DNA from: Pyrodictium abyssi | GTDB taxonomy: Archaea > Thermoproteota > Thermoprotei_A > Sulfolobales > Pyrodictiaceae | DNA: 32,000 nucleotides | NCBI RefSeq assembly: GCF_036323395.1 | Contig: NZ_AP028907.1 | Location: 1,260,001-1,292,000 of the forward strand | Direction: 5' to 3' | In this document: in pieces, positions 24,305-32,000 of the stretch | Layout of the letters: each line of letters starts with the position of its first letter | Position numbering within the stretch: the stretch's first letter is position 1 | The notes under the pieces: model-generated | Seen by the model: the letters and a program-made list of their open reading frames with translations, nothing else | Databases searched by the model: none | What the model was told of the DNA's origin: nothing | Translations under genes and position numbers: made by a program

Positions 24305-25452
24305 TGCCCCCGGCCAGCTGCTGCTACGACCGTCTCAACGATCTCTTCTACGTCGCTTGGTGTGTGGCACCACTTCGCCACGTACCTCAGCACGCCGTGC
24401 AGCCGGGACGGGTAGAGCACCCAGCCCCGCCTCCTCAGCGCCTCAGCCACGCTGCCTGCTTTACGCCCCACGTTGAAGGCTACTAGGGGTGTCCAGGGCC
24501 CGCTATGCACCGGGACCCCGGCTGTACGCAGGGCCTCTGCCATGCGTGTTGCTAGCCCGTAGAGGTGCTGGGCCAGCCTCTCTAGGCCGTCCTGGCCGAG
24601 CGCTTCTAGCGCAGCTACGGCGGCTGCGAGCCCGGCTGCTGTGCGCGTCCAGGGCAGGCCCCTCTGCCGGCCGGAGGGCATGTAGGGCGCCCTGTGCTCC
24701 ACAATGCCGAGGAGCTCTGGCGTGTTCGCGAGGAGGACGCCGCTAGGGGGCGGCGCTACGTGCTTGTGGAAGTCTATCCCCGCGAGAGCGGGGCCGCCGC
24801 GCGGCAGTATGGTGCTCCGGGCTGCTGGGCGGCCTAGGAGGGGGAGTCCGCCCCACGCCGCGTCCACGTATAATACTGCACCGTTCTCCCACGCTACCTC
24901 CGCCGCCTCTAGGACAGGGTCTAGAGCCCCGTTGTCGGTGACCCCTAGCGTCGCGACCACTGCTGCCACACGGCCACTGTTGGCGCGGAGGATTCTGCGG
25001 AGCTGGTCCACGTCAAGGCGGAGATCATAGTCCACGGGGGCCTCTATGAGCCGCATGCCCAATATCCTGGCGTCCTTCGCTATACTCGCATGCGCCGCTG
25101 AGCTGGCTACGACCGTGTCCCGGCCCGTAGCCTCCCTGGCTATGAAGAGCCCCGTTAGCGCTGACTCGCTGCCACCGCTCGTGGGCAACATGTCTAGCCC
25201 GGGGCCGAGCACCCCTTCTAGGAGCCGCCGCAGCCGCTCCACGAGAGCCTCGACACTACGCCATGTAGCTGGGTCATTGAGGTTGGCCCTGGCGTATAGC
25301 GTGTAGGCCTGGAGCGCTACGGGTAGAGGCTCAGCGGTCATCCCACCGGCTACACGGCAGGGCGGCGGGTCCCCGGCCCTTAGCCTCCTGAGCTCATCGA
25401 TCACCTTCTCCGCCTTCCCGTTGCCGAGCAGCCAGCTGGCTTCGCTGGGCAA
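24301..25452 (-). CDS. mfnA: Group II PLP-dependent decarboxylase, MfnA family (tyrosine/aspartate decarboxylase-like)
   Basis: [36 protein letters not shown] (PLP lysine) and PPPSGVLL align by eye with the M. jannaschii MfnA motifs I recall. I take TTG 25452 as the start (384 aa). The ORF extension to 25611 is P/R/T-rich. Confidence 0.8.
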   Translation of the reverse strand: MPSEASWLLGNGKAEKVIDELRRLRAGDPPPCRVAGGMTAEPLPVALQAYTLYARANLNDPATWRSVEALVERLRRLLEGVLGPGLDMLPTSGGSESALTGLFIAREATGRDTVVASSAAHASIAKDARILGMRLIEAPVDYDLRLDVDQLRRILRANSGRVAAVVATLGVTDNGALDPVLEAAEVAWENGAVLYVDAAWGGLPLLGRPAARSTILPRGGPALAGIDFHKHVAPPPSGVLLANTPELLGIVEHRAPYMPSGRQRGLPWTRTAAGLAAAVAALEALGQDGLERLAQHLYGLATRMAEALRTAGVPVHSGPWTPLVAFNVGRKAGSVAEALRRRGWVLYPSRLHGVLRYVAKWCHTPSDVEEIVETVVAAAGRGH

Positions 25453-25616
25453 GACGGATTGTGCCTCCGAAGACCCGGCTGTGCTACGCTTGCCCGGCGT
25501 GGATGGCCGTGCATCGCCCCCAGGGGGTGCTACCCGGGTAGTACGAGCCCGGGGACCCGGCTCGGCGGGTGTGGCTGTATGAGTGTTACCGTGCCTCCTA
25601 CTAGGGGGCACCCGCT

Positions 25617-28600
25617 ATGCCGCCAGAGACTGGGCAGGCAAGGCCGCGGTGTGGGCCGCCGCCAAGCCGTCTCCCGAGCCTGACTGGTACTGATGCCCGG
25701 CTCCTGGACGAGTATCTGCCGCCGCTGCCTAGCAGGCAGAGGGTCTACCAGCAGGTCGTCGAGGCCCTTAACGAGATGGAGAAGAGCCAGGACCCGGTGC
25801 TGGTCCTCCTCGTGGCCGAGTGGGGCGAGGGGAAGACGAGCATCTACAACGCCCGTGTGAAGCCCTGGCTGGAGGAGAGGGGCTGGAGGAGCCTAGAGGC
25901 CCGCGCCGCCACGGTGATGGCGCATCTAGCCTCGCTCCGGGGCCGCAGCGAGCGCGACCCAGCCTACCGGCTCATGGCCGCGCTGCTCGCGGCCGGGCTC
26001 GAGCAGGAGGGCCTGCTGGCCAGGCACGGGGCCCCCGACGCCGCGGGGAGCCTCCGCGAGTACGTGGAGCGTGTCCTCCGCAGCCTCGTCCCCCAGGGCG
26101 GCAGGCTAGTGGTCTTCATCGACGAGCTGGAGGACCTCGTGGCCTCGGCGCGGGAGGAGGAGCTAGCGGAGCTCGTCGCCGGGCTCGTCGGGATACTCAA
26201 CGGCGACGTCGAGGCCGTCTCCGCCCAGTGCCGCGGAGAGGGCTGCATGCCAGGCTCCTTCCACATTGTGGCTAGCCTCACGCCGCCAGCCTACAGCAGG
26301 CTCATGGGCCTCCGCGACTTCGCCACCGTGGCGGCGAGGCTTCGGAGGAGGATACGCAGCATCTGGATACAGCCGCTGCCACGCCGCGAGGCCTTCGCGT
26401 TCCTCGAGAGCCTTGCCCGCTACACGCTGGGCCGCGGGCTAGACGCGCTCCTCGAGGACCACAGCCTCGCCCACGCCGTCGTCTCCGGCACCCTGGGGAA
26501 CATGGGGGCGCTCGTCTCGGCGTTCCGGTACCTCGTCTCCTGGGCCCGTGGCCGCGGCGGCTGCGGCGACGGGGTAGCAGTGCTCTCGACCAGCGAGGTC
26601 CTCGAGGCGCTTCAGGGGCTCACGCTGAGCGTCGGGGGCGCCGAGCTACCCGCCCTCAACAGCGAGGCCTACGCGCGGCTAGCTGAGGGCTGGGAGGCGC
26701 GCGCCAAGCTAGCCGGGTTCGACACTGCCGTCGCCCGGAGGCTGCTCGACGAGCTGGTCGCGCGGGGCACAGTCCCCGTCGAGGAGCTCGCCGTAGCCGT
26801 CGGGGCCCGGCCGGGCGTCGTAGCCGAGATGGTGCAGGAGCTCAACGTGTACGGCGAGCAGTCGTGGCCGCGCCGCGAGCTGGGAGTGCAGAGGCTCGTC
26901 CACGAGGTCGTGGAGGCCCCGGCTGTGGAGGACGCGTTCAAGCTGCTCCGGGCCGTGGAGCCCGAGGCTGTGAAGCTTCTCCCCCAGCTCGCTGGGCGGG
27001 AGGAGCAGAGGCCGCTAGAGCAGCTGCTCGACACCCTCGTCTACCTCGACTCGGCCGGCCGGCTCGTGGTAGCCGTCCCCGCAGACGAGCGCTCGGCGGC
27101 AGACCTGGTGGCCGACGCGTCCCCGCTGGAGCTGAGCCGCGCCGAGGCTGAGAGGCTCGCAGCGCTGCTCTGGGAGGCCATCTTCTCCAGGCTACTGGGC
27201 TCCGGCGGCGCACGGGCCTACATGCTCTCCCCGAGGCTGCAACGTCTACTCTACGTGAGCCCCGAGCTGAGCTACCTGGACTTCATAGCCGACCGTGTCG
27301 AGAGGCTGCAGGTTATACGCCGCGTCTACACCGAGGCCAGCCGCGGCCACCTAGCCGCGGGGATCTCGGCGCTCCTCGCCGCCGAGGGGCTCCTCGCCGA
27401 GCCGCCAGCGCTGCAGGGCGAGGGCGTGGCCCGCGCAGAGCTGTCCCTCCAGGGCGGCGCCAGGGCCAGGGTGCTCGTCTACACCGTGCCGGGCGAGGTG
27501 ACGGCCGCGGAGGCCCGGCGGCTGGAGAGCCAGGTTATGGCTGCGCTTATGAGCGGGTGGAGGCCCCACGCTGTACTCCTCGTCCACCACGGCGGGGTCG
27601 AGCCCCAGGCGCAGCGGCTCCTAGACACGCTGGAGGGCAAGCTCTTCCTCAAGGTAGTAGACGCGCCGATAGAGTCTATGGTGTCCCGCGCCAGGCTCCA
27701 GGCCCTCGGCGTCAAGCTCGCCGACGAGGCCGGCGGCGTGGAGGAGGCCCTCCGCGCCGCGGTCGAGGTGGCGAGGAACCCGGCTACTGCCGAGGGCATG
27801 GGCTTCGACCCGCTGAGGCTCCACTCGCTGCTACGGGAGCTAGCCGAGGAGATACGGCCACGGGAGAGGCTCGAGAGGGCCCTCGAGGAGGGCGTGGACG
27901 GCGCGCCCCTGGTGATCCGGGACCCCAGGCTGGGCTACGACGTGGAGAGGCCTACCGAGCTCAGCGGCGCGCTCCGCTACTTCCTCGTAGTGCCCAGCAC
28001 CCGTGCCTCGGCCCGGGAGGCGCTCCACGCCGCCTACGAGTACGTGATGCGGTACCACCTCTACCGGGGCCCTGGCGGCGAGGGCCGGGGCCTGCTCAGC
28101 CCCGACATAGACCGGGGAGAGGCGCAGACCCTGGAGAAGTACATGCTGCTACTGGCGGCCAACGGGTTCCTCGACAAGACCAACGGCACAGTGAGGATAG
28201 ACACGCTGAGCCCGATGGAGCGCAGCGTGCTCCGCGCGCTAGAGCAGCTCGGCGCCCGTAGCCAGGAGGTCCCGGCCTCCAGGGTCTGGGAGCTGCTGGT
28301 CATGGAGGCCCGTAACCCGGGCACCCGGAGGATGCTGCTCCAGGCGCTCGTCCACCGCGGCCTCGTCTCCGCGGCCGCCTCGCGCAGGGTAGACCCCGAG
28401 CGCTCTAGGCTAAGGCTACGCGACGGCGAGGAGGCAGCGTGGCAGCTGATACGCGAGGCACGCAGCCTGCTCAGAGAGGTCGAGGAGGACCCTGAGGCCA
28501 GGGCGTGGGGCCTAGTAGTGTCGGCTAAGGCTCGTGACTACCGCGCCGGCAGCCTAGAGGAGTTCGCGCGCAAGATGAGCAGCCTCCTGGACACCGCCGA

Positions 28601-30056
28601 GGAGGCCCTAAAGGCCGGCAACGTGCTGATGGCGCTGAGGCTAGCCCGCACAGTGCTGGACACCGTGGAGTACGTCCGGGACGAGGTCCTCCGCGGCCAC
28701 GTGAAGCCGGCCGCCGCCGAGGCTAGGAGGCTACGCGGCCTCCTCGAGGAGTACGCTGAGAGGATAGAGGAGGCCCGCCACGCAGCCGAGAAGATGCTCG
28801 AGCAGCTGACCGGCCGCCCGGTGAAGCTGCGGGTCGAGGGGCTGGAGAGGCTACAGGAGGCCGTAAGGGCGATAGAGGAGGTGGAGGAGCTCAGGCTCAG
28901 CGAGAAGCAGCTAGAGGAGGAGGTCCAGCGGCTCTGGGAGGAGGCACGGCGCCGCTACCCACGCGACCCGGGGCGCCACCTGCCCTTCTACGTCGGCGGC
29001 TCGGGGCCGGCGCTGCACTTCAACTACAAGCTGTGGCTCATAGCGCGGAGGCTCGAGGAGCTCGGGCTAGCACGGCTGGGCGAGTCCGGGCTCGAGGAGG
29101 GAGACTGGCTACGCCGCACCATCCAGGCCCTGGAGGCCCTCGCCAGCGAGGCCAGGAGGCTGCTAGAGGAGAGCGCCGGGCTGCGCCGCCGCGCGGAGAG
29201 GCTGGCTGAGCGGCTGAGGAGGCTCGGCGTAGAAGCCCCGGCGCCCCAGAGCATTGTGCTGCAAGGGCTCAGCGCGCCCGAAGAGCTCGGCCTCGACGAG
29301 GCTGAGCAGCTGCTGCAGGAGGCCCGGCGCCAGCTAGAGGAGGGCCGGCGGCCACTCCTCGAGCTCGAGGAGCAGGTCGACCGGCTCCTAGGCGAGCTCG
29401 AGCAGCTAGAGGAGCTAGCCGCGGAGGCTGAGAGCTGGATACACGGGCTAGAGGAGGCGGCCCGCCACGCCCGAGAGGCCGGGCTGCCCGTCGGCCAGAG
29501 GCTCCGCGAGGCCCTAGAGGACCTGGCCCTGGCGCTAGACCAGGCCCAGGCGATGAAGGGCAAGGCCAGGGCAGTGCTGCAGCAGCCCGGCAGGCTCCTC
29601 GACGCTCTCCGGGACGCGCGCAGCCTCGTGGAGAGCGCGCTCACGCTGCTACGCGACAGCCTGGAGAGGAGCAAGAGGATACACGCGGAGGCCGTCGCCG
29701 AGGCTGAGAGGCAGCGCCAGGCCCTAGAGGCCGAGGCCCAGGCGCTCCGCGAGGCCCTAGAAAGGGCTAGAGCAGGGGCACCACAGCCGCCTAGGAGCAG
29801 CGACCCGTTCGCCGCCGTCGCCGGGCTCCACGAGTACATGGAGAAGCTCCGCCGCATGGCCGCGGAGGCCGGGGTGCTGTCGCAGACCGAGCTGGAGGCC
29901 TACAAGGTGGTGGCGCTGGAGCGGAGGAGGCGCGGCGAGCTGCTGCTGAGGGAGGCTGCTGAGCTGGTGGCGGAGAGGCTCGGCATAGGCCCCGAGGAGG
30001 CTCGCCGCATACTCATATCGCTTATAGAGAAGGAGGTGCTCGAGCCGAGGCTCTAG
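25617..30056 (+). CDS. Giant (1479 aa) P-loop NTPase with wHTH-like segments and a long C-terminal coiled coil; no characterised family recognised
   Basis: Uninterrupted 4.4-kb ORF. Walker A AEWGEGKTS (nt 25815-25841). Walker B LVVFIDELEDL (nt 26106-26138). Lid-like IWIQPLPRREAFAFLESL. wHTH-like aa 865-917 and aa 1420-1479. Aa ~935-1395 are E/R/L/A-rich helical repeats. Confidence 0.85.
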   Translation: MPPETGQARPRCGPPPSRLPSLTGTDARLLDEYLPPLPSRQRVYQQVVEALNEMEKSQDPVLVLLVAEWGEGKTSIYNARVKPWLEERGWRSLEARAATVMAHLASLRGRSERDPAYRLMAALLAAGLEQEGLLARHGAPDAAGSLREYVERVLRSLVPQGGRLVVFIDELEDLVASAREEELAELVAGLVGILNGDVEAVSAQCRGEGCMPGSFHIVASLTPPAYSRLMGLRDFATVAARLRRRIRSIWIQPLPRREAFAFLESLARYTLGRGLDALLEDHSLAHAVVSGTLGNMGALVSAFRYLVSWARGRGGCGDGVAVLSTSEVLEALQGLTLSVGGAELPALNSEAYARLAEGWEARAKLAGFDTAVARRLLDELVARGTVPVEELAVAVGARPGVVAEMVQELNVYGEQSWPRRELGVQRLVHEVVEAPAVEDAFKLLRAVEPEAVKLLPQLAGREEQRPLEQLLDTLVYLDSAGRLVVAVPADERSAADLVADASPLELSRAEAERLAALLWEAIFSRLLGSGGARAYMLSPRLQRLLYVSPELSYLDFIADRVERLQVIRRVYTEASRGHLAAGISALLAAEGLLAEPPALQGEGVARAELSLQGGARARVLVYTVPGEVTAAEARRLESQVMAALMSGWRPHAVLLVHHGGVEPQAQRLLDTLEGKLFLKVVDAPIESMVSRARLQALGVKLADEAGGVEEALRAAVEVARNPATAEGMGFDPLRLHSLLRELAEEIRPRERLERALEEGVDGAPLVIRDPRLGYDVERPTELSGALRYFLVVPSTRASAREALHAAYEYVMRYHLYRGPGGEGRGLLSPDIDRGEAQTLEKYMLLLAANGFLDKTNGTVRIDTLSPMERSVLRALEQLGARSQEVPASRVWELLVMEARNPGTRRMLLQALVHRGLVSAAASRRVDPERSRLRLRDGEEAAWQLIREARSLLREVEEDPEARAWGLVVSAKARDYRAGSLEEFARKMSSLLDTAEEALKAGNVLMALRLARTVLDTVEYVRDEVLRGHVKPAAAEARRLRGLLEEYAERIEEARHAAEKMLEQLTGRPVKLRVEGLERLQEAVRAIEEVEELRLSEKQLEEEVQRLWEEARRRYPRDPGRHLPFYVGGSGPALHFNYKLWLIARRLEELGLARLGESGLEEGDWLRRTIQALEALASEARRLLEESAGLRRRAERLAERLRRLGVEAPAPQSIVLQGLSAPEELGLDEAEQLLQEARRQLEEGRRPLLELEEQVDRLLGELEQLEELAAEAESWIHGLEEAARHAREAGLPVGQRLREALEDLALALDQAQAMKGKARAVLQQPGRLLDALRDARSLVESALTLLRDSLERSKRIHAEAVAEAERQRQALEAEAQALREALERARAGAPQPPRSSDPFAAVAGLHEYMEKLRRMAAEAGVLSQTELEAYKVVALERRRRGELLLREAAELVAERLGIGPEEARRILISLIEKEVLEPRL

Positions 30057-30280
30057 CCCGCCGGGCACCCACGCCCCGGCCCCTCTTTCTCCACCGCTAC
30101 CGCGTACACCCTCGGCTTGCTTGGTGTTGGCACTGGGCGTCCCGGGGGCGAGTAGGTTCGGGTGCGTGTAGCTAAGGCTATAGCTTAGCCGCCCCGTCTC
30201 CCGGGGCTACTAGGGTGTATCCCCCGCCCCTGTTCTCCCAGCAGCCCACCCGAGGGCAGCGAGACCAGAGCGCTGGGGCC

Positions 30281-30985
30281 ATGATAGTGTTGAGGAGCCG
30301 CCGGCTCGACGAGTACCTTAGAGAGCTAGGCGCCGCGGTTAGGAGCAAGCAGGTAGACGTCGAGGCGCTCGTGCGCCGCATAGTCGAGGAGGCTGTCCGG
30401 GAGGCTGGCTGCGGCGCCAGCGGCTCCCTGGACCCGGGGCTGCTGGAGAGGCTTGAGCGGGTAGAGCAGCGGCTCGAGAGGATAGAGCGGAGGCTAGAGC
30501 AGCTGGAGCGGCGCGGCGCCAGCCTCTCCAGGAGGGATGTCGACGAGCTGGCCCGCGCTATAGCCTCGGCCGTGGCGGCTGCTGTCAGGGCCCAGGCGGG
30601 GCACCAGCGTGGCCAGAGGGATGAACCGCGGTGGCTACGCGCTATCGTGGAGCGGCTACGGGGCCGGGGCTACGTTGTGCTGCACGAGCTGCCGCCCGAC
30701 GTGCGGGATGGCTTCGACCCGGAGGAGGCCAGGCGCCGGGGACTAGTAGTGGCCAGCCTCGGGGGCCAGACCGTGGTTATGACGAGGCAGGGGCTGCGAG
30801 ACTTCATGGAGAAGCTGCGGGGGCTCCGGGCGAGCGACGAGTACGAGGCAGAGACCCAGCTGGGGCGCTACAAGCTGCTGTTCCGGCTCCTCCGGGAGGA
30901 GGGCCTCGTCTACTACGCCGGGCCCAGCAGGGGCTGGGTGGTCCAGGGCCAGCTGGAGAAGCTAGCCCATGAACACCTTGTATAG
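30281..30985 (+). CDS. Coiled-coil protein with basic C-terminal (wHTH-like?) domain, unknown function
   Basis: Start taken at ATG 30281 (MIVLRSRRLDEYLRELG...). Coiled-coil core LERLERVEQRLERIERRLEQLERRG. C-terminal WLRAIVERLRGRGYVVLHELP...LFRLLREEGLVYYAG. Same strand as the giant NTPase, 224 nt downstream. The 3' end overlaps the convergent NUDIX gene by 24 nt. Confidence 0.6.
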   Translation: MIVLRSRRLDEYLRELGAAVRSKQVDVEALVRRIVEEAVREAGCGASGSLDPGLLERLERVEQRLERIERRLEQLERRGASLSRRDVDELARAIASAVAAAVRAQAGHQRGQRDEPRWLRAIVERLRGRGYVVLHELPPDVRDGFDPEEARRRGLVVASLGGQTVVMTRQGLRDFMEKLRGLRASDEYEAETQLGRYKLLFRLLREEGLVYYAGPSRGWVVQGQLEKLAHEHLV

Positions 30986-31510
30986 CAGGAGGCCTGCCAC
31001 TGTCTTGCCGTCGCGTATCTCGCCGCGCCTTATCATCTCCAGGGCCTCGTCTAGGGGGATCCAGAGGGTCTCTATCAGCTCGTCCTCCTCGGGCCGTGCC
31101 TCGGCCTCGCGTAGGTCGCCGGCCGCGTATATGTACATGACCTCGGTGGAAACGCCGGGGCTCGTGTAGAACCTGGCTAGCAGGCGGAGCCAGCCGGGCT
31201 CGTAGCCGGTCTCCTCGACCAGCTCCCTGCGCGCCGTCTCCTCCGGCTGCTCCCCGGGCTCGAGAGTGCCAGCTGGTATCTCGTAGAGCCACTCGCCCAC
31301 ACTAGGGCGGTACTGGCGCTCTAGCAGGACCCTCCCCGCCTCGTCCACGGCTACTACTGCTACCGCGCCTGGGTGGCGTAGCGTGTCGTAGACCTGCCTC
31401 CGGCCACGGATCAGCGCCTCTATCTGGCCGAGGGCGAAGCGCCGGCCGCGGCACAGCTCCCGGTACCCTAGGATACGTGGCTCAGCATCCACGCCGGGGC
31501 ACCCGCGCAC
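30962..31510 (-). CDS. NUDIX hydrolase (ADP-ribose pyrophosphatase-like)
   Basis: Nudix box GTLEPGEQPEETARRELVEETGY (G-x5-E-x7-REUxEExGU). Start is GTG 31510 or GTG 31492. Confidence 0.85.
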   Translation of the reverse strand: MRGCPGVDAEPRILGYRELCRGRRFALGQIEALIRGRRQVYDTLRHPGAVAVVAVDEAGRVLLERQYRPSVGEWLYEIPAGTLEPGEQPEETARRELVEETGYEPGWLRLLARFYTSPGVSTEVMYIYAAGDLREAEARPEEDELIETLWIPLDEALEMIRRGEIRDGKTVAGLLLYKVFMG

Positions 31511-31570
31511 CCCGAGGAGGCCCTGGCGGCGTAGAAGAGGGTAGCGGGGCCCAAGGCCCCATTAGGAGGG

Positions 31571-31576
31571 TATATA
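31571..31576 (+). promoter_or_regulatory. TATA box candidate for the pilin-like gene
   Basis: GGGTATATAGG. The predicted transcription start about 26 nt downstream (~31600) coincides with ATGs at 31598 and 31603, a leaderless-type arrangement. Confidence 0.4.
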
Positions 31577-31616
31577 GGAGCATTATCTGCCTACTACATG
31601 TCATGGTGGCGCCCCT

Positions 31617-32000
31617 GTGAGGGGGCTCTCGCAGACCACAGCAGTAGCGCTCCTCACGCTGATAGCCGTAGTGTCGGCCGGGATACTCTACATGTGGTAC
31701 TCCGGCTTCACCGGCGGCAACGAGCCCAGCGCTTCTAGCGGCTTGGCCGCTTTGCGTATAGTGGCTGTCTCGCCGCTCTATAGCGGCAACAGCGAGTACT
31801 GCTACGGCGTATCCGTCGCCGTAGCCAATATAGGCGATGCTCCTGTCACGCTGGGCAACGTATCCAGCATCATACTGGGAGATGCTAGCGGCTCGACGGT
31901 GCCGTGCATAGGGCTCTGGGACGGCGATACCACGATACCCCCTGGCGAGATTGTAGAGTTGACGGCTCTGCCTATGGGGCAGCTGTCTAGCGCTAGGACC
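31617..32000 (+). CDS. Archaeal type IV pilin-like protein with class III signal peptide (3' end cut by window edge; not in ORF track)
   Basis: My own translation from GTG 31617: (M)RGLSQTTAVALLTLIAVVSAGILYMWYSGFTGGNEPSASSG..., open to nt 32000. A basic-Gly cleavage motif followed by a ~22-aa hydrophobic helix is the archaeal pilin/archaellin N-terminal signature. It is absent from the track, presumably because it has no stop in the window. Confidence 0.6.
   Translation, partial: MRGLSQTTAVALLTLIAVVSAGILYMWYSGFTGGNEPSASSGLAALRIVAVSPLYSGNSEYCYGVSVAVANIGDAPVTLGNVSSIILGDASGSTVPCIGLWDGDTTIPPGEIVELTALPMGQLSSART

Noticed and set aside
29024-29857. 277-aa antisense ORF (S/A/R-rich) inside the giant gene; similar ORFs at 26669-27034, 27557-28261 and 27479-27799
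   Set aside because: These are mirror images of GAG/GCC/CTC-rich coiled-coil codons in a GC-rich gene. They have low-complexity composition, no motifs, and lie fully within a far longer sense ORF.
25617-30056. Giant protein as SMC, Rad50 or a KAP NTPase
   Set aside because: Only one nucleotide-binding module is present, at the N-terminus, with Walker A-B spacing of about 100 aa. There is no hinge or zinc hook, no C-terminal signature/Walker B/D-loop half, and no transmembrane insertion.
1-32000. Scan for CRISPR arrays, tRNA/rRNA genes, IS elements, integrases and tandem repeats
   Set aside because: None found by eye. There are no regularly spaced repeats, no T-arm GGTTCRANYCC-type motifs in intergenic DNA, and no transposase- or integrase-like ORFs. 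A computational scan (tRNAscan-SE, Infernal, CRISPR finders) could still reveal something I missed.

Overview
GC-rich (hand-sampled 60-nt lines are about 60-65% GC), CTAG-rich archaeal chromosome segment. The gene content and signals suggest a hyperthermophilic crenarchaeote, possibly Desulfurococcales-like; the taxon is inference only. The supporting signals are TATA boxes 25-45 nt upstream of starts, leaderless-type starts, a 4-subunit 2-oxoacid:ferredoxin oxidoreductase, a tungsten AOR, a class III signal-peptide pilin and DUF104/PIN pairs. I call about 31 protein genes. One group is redox and housekeeping: aldo-keto reductase, AOR, a POR/VOR gamma-delta-alpha-beta operon, an FAD oxidoreductase, three radical-SAM enzymes, an MfnA-type decarboxylase, acylphosphatase, NUDIX and an ABC-2 exporter. 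These are interleaved with accessory genes: four toxin-antitoxin pairs, a DUF3782/PD-(D/E)xK nuclease-like gene, an AT-rich island encoding a large surface protein, and two Arch_ATPase-type NTPases. I recognised no rRNA, tRNA, CRISPR array, transposase or integrase. Main hunt results: (1) A 1479-aa giant protein (P-loop NTPase, wHTH-like segments, about 450 aa of coiled coil) with a small coiled-coil neighbour at 25617-30985 fits no characterised family I know and is my best candidate for an undescribed system. (2) Single-base reading-frame breaks, always inside G/C homopolymers, occur in at least five genes, with three more possible sites (two G/C runs, one A run). Sequencing or assembly error is the most parsimonious explanation, so ORF boundaries elsewhere are soft. 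(3) The surface-protein gene at about 9800-11730 is compositionally foreign and possibly mosaic. (4) A type IV pilin-like gene at the 3' edge is absent from the ORF track. (5) Two radical-SAM-centred clusters have no assignable pathway. All family names come from motif recognition by eye, not from searches.
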